DNA of 64,000 nt, from positions 960,001 to 1,024,000 of the forward strand of contig OZ219787.1 of NCBI GenBank assembly GCA_964291285.2, written 5' to 3'. The position numbers were made by a program, and so were the translations under genes. This stretch comes from Alphaproteobacteria bacterium (lineage in GTDB: Bacteria; Pseudomonadota; Alphaproteobacteria; Bin95). This document shows, piece after piece, positions 59,993 to 64,000 of this stretch. Position 1 is the first letter of the stretch. Each line of letters starts with the position of its first letter. The notes beneath the pieces are model-generated. The model was not told the origin of the DNA. It searched no databases and worked only from the letters and a program-made list of their open reading frames with translations.

Positions 59993-60418
59993 ATGGACGG
60001 ACCTGTGGACGGATTGCCGGCGCGGCGGCCGGGCCGGGCGGTGGGCGAGGACCTGCGGGCGGCGGCGGTGGCGGCGGTGGTGCGCGAGGGCATGAGCCAC
60101 CGCGCGGCGGCGCGGCGGTTCGGCCTCGCGCTGAGCAGCGTCGGCAACTGGGTGCGGCGCTTTCGCGAGCGCGGCCATGTGCGGGCGGACCCGAAGGGCG
60201 GACCCGCCTCGCGGATCGAGCCGCACCGCGAGCGCATCCTGCGCATCCTGGCGGCGCGGCCGGGGCTTTCCATGTACGGGCTCCGCGACGCGCTCGCCGC
60301 CGAGGGGCTGGTCTTCCACCCGGCGACGGTGCAGCGCTTCCTCCTGCGCCACCGCCTGGAGCGCACCCGCCGCCTCGCCCGCCAGCGCCGCAAGCGCAAG
60401 CGGTGGACGGAGCGGTAG
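59993..60418 (+). CDS. Stand-alone IS630-type double-HTH DNA-binding protein (no DDE domain)
   Basis: AAGGAGG RBS; DLR..AV..V.EGMS.RAAARRFG..S...W; second HTH (L..LRD.L...G....TV.RFL.RH); basic tail. Confidence 0.75.
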   Translation: MDGPVDGLPARRPGRAVGEDLRAAAVAAVVREGMSHRAAARRFGLALSSVGNWVRRFRERGHVRADPKGGPASRIEPHRERILRILAARPGLSMYGLRDALAAEGLVFHPATVQRFLLRHRLERTRRLARQRRKRKRWTER

Positions 60419-60477
60419 CGGCGCGGGAGGCGGCAGGGGCGTGCCGAGAGGCCCTCCCCGGTCGCCGTCCTTCGAAA

Positions 60478-60578
60478 CCCTCATCCTGAGTAGCCGACCG
60501 GAGGGAGGCGTATCGAAGGACGGCTGCCGACGGAGCGATCCTTCGATACGCCGCGGGCGCGGCTACTCAGGATGAGGG
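60478..60578. repeat. RIME-like palindromic element
   Basis: CCCTCATCCTGAGTAGCCG / CGGCTACTCAGGATGAGGG arms plus an inner GCGTATCGAAGGA / TCCTTCGATACGC pair. Confidence 0.8.
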
Positions 60579-60635
60579 GGCCGGCACAGCCCGATTCACC
60601 GCCCCGGTCCCCAATCCCTGCCGGCCTCACGCATC

Positions 60636-61751
60636 TCAATCGCGCCCACAAAGGAGTGGTTCATCCACGATGCGCAACAGGCCGGCCCGGAGGTCAGAAG
60701 GAGGTCCGGCCAGATTCACGGTGGTGAACCGGAGAACATGGCCCTGGATCTGCGCGGCCTCGTCGACGGGGTGCTCCGTGGTCGGGTGAAGGAGTACGCC
60801 TTCGGCGAGCCGGGCGGACGGAGGAACGTCGACCTGGGAACGAAGGTAGGCGTAAATCTGGTAGAGGTGCCCGCTACGTAAGGTGTCTCGAAATTGGGCG
60901 GGTTTGAGCAGGGACGTGAACTTTGTGTCGATTACGATCTTTCGCCCGGTGTCCTTGTGAAACAGCTCGATGTCCGTCTCCATCCTGGGGAGGATTGCCT
61001 CAAGTCCATGCGTGCTGGCTTGGAGCGGCCAGTGAAGGACGCGCCCAGGTGAGACCGTCCAGCCTTGGTCCGAGAGGGCGACCCTGTAGAAGCCGTAGAC
61101 CGCGCGCTCGAAGAGCTTGCGAAGCCAATGCGGATCGCGGTCCGCCTGCGCCAGCAAGTGCTCGCCGCTGGTCTCGGTGGGCAAGGCGAGGTCGAAGGCC
61201 AGGCGGGCGACCGCGATCATGAAGCGGTCGTTGGCGTCATGGCGTCCGAAACGATCCGCGCTGACCTCAGGAGTCGAGGGCACTCGCCCGCCGACACCCA
61301 TTGCGCGGAGGTGCCGAGCGAGAGCCCGGCAGCGGTGCGCGAGGGGAGGTTTCGCAACTTCACGCGCGATAGCCTCCAGTGCGCCTCGGACATAGCGGTT
61401 GCGCGGCGTGTCGATGGTGAGGTCCTCGTAGCGGCACGCGACCTTGCCCAGTTGGATGAGTTGCCGGGACTCGGTGCGGAGGAGGTCGATGGTCCCACGC
61501 ACACGATCCAGGACGGCTGTTCGCGGTTCGTAGGCGCGATGGAGGTTTCGCCTCAACCGTTCTTCCACCGCGCGGGCGAGCAACTCGGCGATGAGGTCCG
61601 GGAGGTTGTCAGGCATCTTCTCGACGTCAAAACGGTCCGTGCCCCGCATCCGGAAGAAATCCGATGCGTAGAGCATAAGCAGCCAGACGTTGCGAAGTGG
61701 AATGCCGTTCGTCCCGGTGGCACGGGAGTTATGTTCGACCTTTGGATTCAC
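60636..61751 (-). CDS. mcrC: McrC restriction nuclease subunit
   Basis: IPLRNVWLLMLYA, LFERAV, ETDI...IDTKF, LYQIYAYL motifs; overlaps mcrB. Confidence 0.9.
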   Translation of the reverse strand: MNPKVEHNSRATGTNGIPLRNVWLLMLYASDFFRMRGTDRFDVEKMPDNLPDLIAELLARAVEERLRRNLHRAYEPRTAVLDRVRGTIDLLRTESRQLIQLGKVACRYEDLTIDTPRNRYVRGALEAIAREVAKPPLAHRCRALARHLRAMGVGGRVPSTPEVSADRFGRHDANDRFMIAVARLAFDLALPTETSGEHLLAQADRDPHWLRKLFERAVYGFYRVALSDQGWTVSPGRVLHWPLQASTHGLEAILPRMETDIELFHKDTGRKIVIDTKFTSLLKPAQFRDTLRSGHLYQIYAYLRSQVDVPPSARLAEGVLLHPTTEHPVDEAAQIQGHVLRFTTVNLAGPPSDLRAGLLRIVDEPLLCGRD

Positions 61752-63604
61752 CAGTCGTCAAGCAGGCGGTCCCGCTCCTGTCTGGCGCGATCGGGATCGT
61801 CGAACCAGTACTCCTCAAGCAGCGGCGCAAGCTCTGTCTCGACGACGTCGCGGAACCAGCCATTGACGTTATCGGGATCGAGTCGGGCGGCGGGTGTCAC
61901 GTAGCTGTGCCCAACGCAGAACTGTTCACCCAGAGACTTCGCAATCGCCTCGTTGAGCACCCCCATGCGGCTTTGGATGTCGTCTGCAGCATCCGTGTCG
62001 ATTCCCAGTTGCTCTGTGACCCACCGGTGCCAGGCTCTGTCAATCCTCGGCTTGAGGGTGGCGAACGCGAAGCGCCGACGCAGAGCCAGGTCGACGAGCG
62101 CGAGGGAGCGATCCGCGATGTTCATGGTGCCGATGACATAGAGGTTCCCAGGGACATGGACGCGCTTGGTTTCGTCTCCGGTCGCGTAGGAAAGTTCCAG
62201 CGCCTCTTCTTCGGACCGCTTATCCGCTTCGAGCAGCGTGATGAGTTCCCCGAAGATCTGGGCGGGATTGCCGCGATTGATCTCTTCTATGACCACTACG
62301 AACGGCGTCTCGTCGGTGGAAGCCGCCTCGACCGCGCGAAGGAAGATGCCCTTCGTTAGTTCGAGCCCGCTTGCGGATGGGCGCCAGCCGAGAACGAAGT
62401 CCTCGTAAGACAGGGTCGGATGGAACTGCACGCTACAGATGCGTCCGCGGTCTCGGCGGCCTATCAACGCGTAGGCAAGACGTTTGGCCAACCAGGTTTT
62501 GCCGGTTCCCGGCGGGCCTTGGAGTACGAGGTTCTTCTTGGTTTCCAGTCTGTTGAGAAGTGTGTCGAGTTCACTACGATCCAGAAAGCAGCCGTCCTCC
62601 AGAATGGAGGCTACAGTGTACGGCGGTTCGGTTTGTAGTTCGGGGAGGGGCGGGAGAATACCGACGGCTCGCTTGAGGTCATTCACGAGGTCGGGATAGC
62701 CCGACACGTCGGTGAGGGTCTTGGTCACCAGCGGCTTGTCCCGGACGTGGACGCCACCAGGGAAGTTGGAGTGCCAATCGACATCGCGCACGTTCTTGTA
62801 CTCTGGACGGGCAGAGTCGAAACGGTAAGCGGAGGTTACTGTGCCGTGGCCAATTACGCCGCTAGTTCCGAGCTTCGCGAAAATGGTGTCGCCCGGTCTC
62901 ATGTCGTGACAGAACTGCCAGCAGGCCAGCGAGTCGTTTCGGCCAAGGTCTATAACCTCTCGACTCTCATACCCGGTGATGTCGCCAATGTGGTCCCAGC
63001 CCAGACAAGCGATGCCTTCGCGTCGGCACTCGTCCCAATACCTAGCCCCTGGACCGAGCGCCATCAGCCAGTAACGAGGTTCGGCATTGGGCTCGACTTC
63101 CAATTGCCGGTCCAAGTCGTCGGCTTCAGTGCGTACATCGACTAGCAGGAAAACGGTCGAGAGGAACTGCTCTACGCCGGCAGGATTCCTGGGAACGGGG
63201 ATGGCCACGCGCGAGTCCACGAACGGCAGGCCCCGTTGCGTAGCGAGTGCGTCGAACCTCTCTCTTCGTTCGGGGTTGCGTCCGTCGCGCTTTGCGGGCC
63301 GATAGGCCCAACGCAACTGGTCGTCGCGGATTTCGTGTGTCTCGAACAGGATGCCGGAACGATTAGCCTCATATGCGATCAGATGAAATCGCGAGGGGTG
63401 GTTGTACGACCACTGGATGAGGAGCAGATATAGTTCGCTCGTGTCAGAGGAAATACGGAATGCGCCAACGCAGTCCTTTCCGTCAGCCCAGTCGTGGAAG
63501 GCGACGAGCGGTGTCTCGAGTTGCTCTTCGAGGCGGAACGAGTCGGAATCACGCAGGCCTGTTCGAACGAGCTGGCTGATCTGTTCGGCGGTGTCGCGAT
63601 CCAA
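61748..63604 (-). CDS. mcrB: McrB AAA+ GTPase with extended N-terminus
   Basis: GPPGTGKT, QFHP..SYEDF, EEINRG, MNIADRS (NxxD), ALRRRF; preceded by a putative PUA/EVE-like domain and an unknown domain. Confidence 0.9.
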   Translation of the reverse strand: MDRDTAEQISQLVRTGLRDSDSFRLEEQLETPLVAFHDWADGKDCVGAFRISSDTSELYLLLIQWSYNHPSRFHLIAYEANRSGILFETHEIRDDQLRWAYRPAKRDGRNPERRERFDALATQRGLPFVDSRVAIPVPRNPAGVEQFLSTVFLLVDVRTEADDLDRQLEVEPNAEPRYWLMALGPGARYWDECRREGIACLGWDHIGDITGYESREVIDLGRNDSLACWQFCHDMRPGDTIFAKLGTSGVIGHGTVTSAYRFDSARPEYKNVRDVDWHSNFPGGVHVRDKPLVTKTLTDVSGYPDLVNDLKRAVGILPPLPELQTEPPYTVASILEDGCFLDRSELDTLLNRLETKKNLVLQGPPGTGKTWLAKRLAYALIGRRDRGRICSVQFHPTLSYEDFVLGWRPSASGLELTKGIFLRAVEAASTDETPFVVVIEEINRGNPAQIFGELITLLEADKRSEEEALELSYATGDETKRVHVPGNLYVIGTMNIADRSLALVDLALRRRFAFATLKPRIDRAWHRWVTEQLGIDTDAADDIQSRMGVLNEAIAKSLGEQFCVGHSYVTPAARLDPDNVNGWFRDVVETELAPLLEEYWFDDPDRARQERDRLLDDW

Positions 63605-63754
63605 GGGACCAATCTCCGAGGTTGTAGAATGCTCGAACGCCTCTGTAGGCGTCTCTGCGTGCGGGCGGCAGTCTATCCCACTCCGTAACGGCCGGCCGCC
63701 GCTCCATTTCTTCGCAGGCTCGTTCGCGAGGGTGACCGGGCTCGGCTCATGCCA

Positions 63755-64000
63755 TCAGGCCAGGACGTCCTCGACCAGCACCATGACGGCGCCGTTGTTG
63801 TGGGCCCGGCCGACGAAGGCCCGGCCGCGGGCGTCGCGGCCGACGGGGACGCCGTTCGCTTCCATGAGGCGGACGGCGCGGCCGGGGTCGGCGAAGGCGA
63901 TGACCTGTCCCGCCATGCAGGGCAGGGGCGGGGCGGCCTCGCCGGGGAACAGGGCCGCGAATTCTCCGGCGGAGAGCGCCGCAAAGCCGGCGGGGGCCGC
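63755..64000 (-). CDS. C-terminal part of a probable VOC/glyoxalase-like protein (5' end outside window)
   Basis: Hand translation ...FAALFPGEAAPPLPCMAGQVIAFAD...NGAV* resembles the C-terminus of 18530..19405. Confidence 0.55.
   Translation of the reverse strand, partial: AAPAGFAALSAGEFAALFPGEAAPPLPCMAGQVIAFADPGRAVRLMEANGVPVGRDARGRAFVGRAHNNGAVMVLVEDVLA

Noticed and set aside
59993-60418. Intact IS630 element
   Set aside because: No catalytic ORF, slippery site, terminal IRs or TA duplication are visible.

Overview
High-GC alphaproteobacterial chromosome segment. Core genes include apbC, hflKC-DUF2065, ornithine decarboxylase-erpA-xth, mobA/fdhD/moeA, petABC-mtnP-mtnA, hemF, a TRAP transporter and pepP. 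They are interleaved with catabolic enzymes (LLM oxidoreductases, CoA transferases, acyl-CoA dehydrogenases, TauD, amidase, GMC). Two intact IS elements have inverted repeats and target duplications: IS256 sits at the RBS of a GT25 gene and IS1595 splits a NERD-helicase gene. Defence and toxin-antitoxin loci are McrBC, MNT-HEPN, two orphan antitoxins and an AT-richer two-gene candidate. The most striking unexplained signal is a dispersed intergenic element in four diverged copies (about 10.6, 18.1, 28.7 and 55.1 kb). Each copy has an AT-rich tract and sigma70-like promoter, a ~120-nt core with an invariant 24-mer and a compensatory base-pair change, a variable middle, and helically phased CATGACA boxes. 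Also notable are a Cache-Cache-autotransporter fusion, an active-site-divergent enolase coupled to a kinase, and a stand-alone IS630-type HTH gene behind a consensus promoter. All calls come from reading the sequence by eye; no searches were run.
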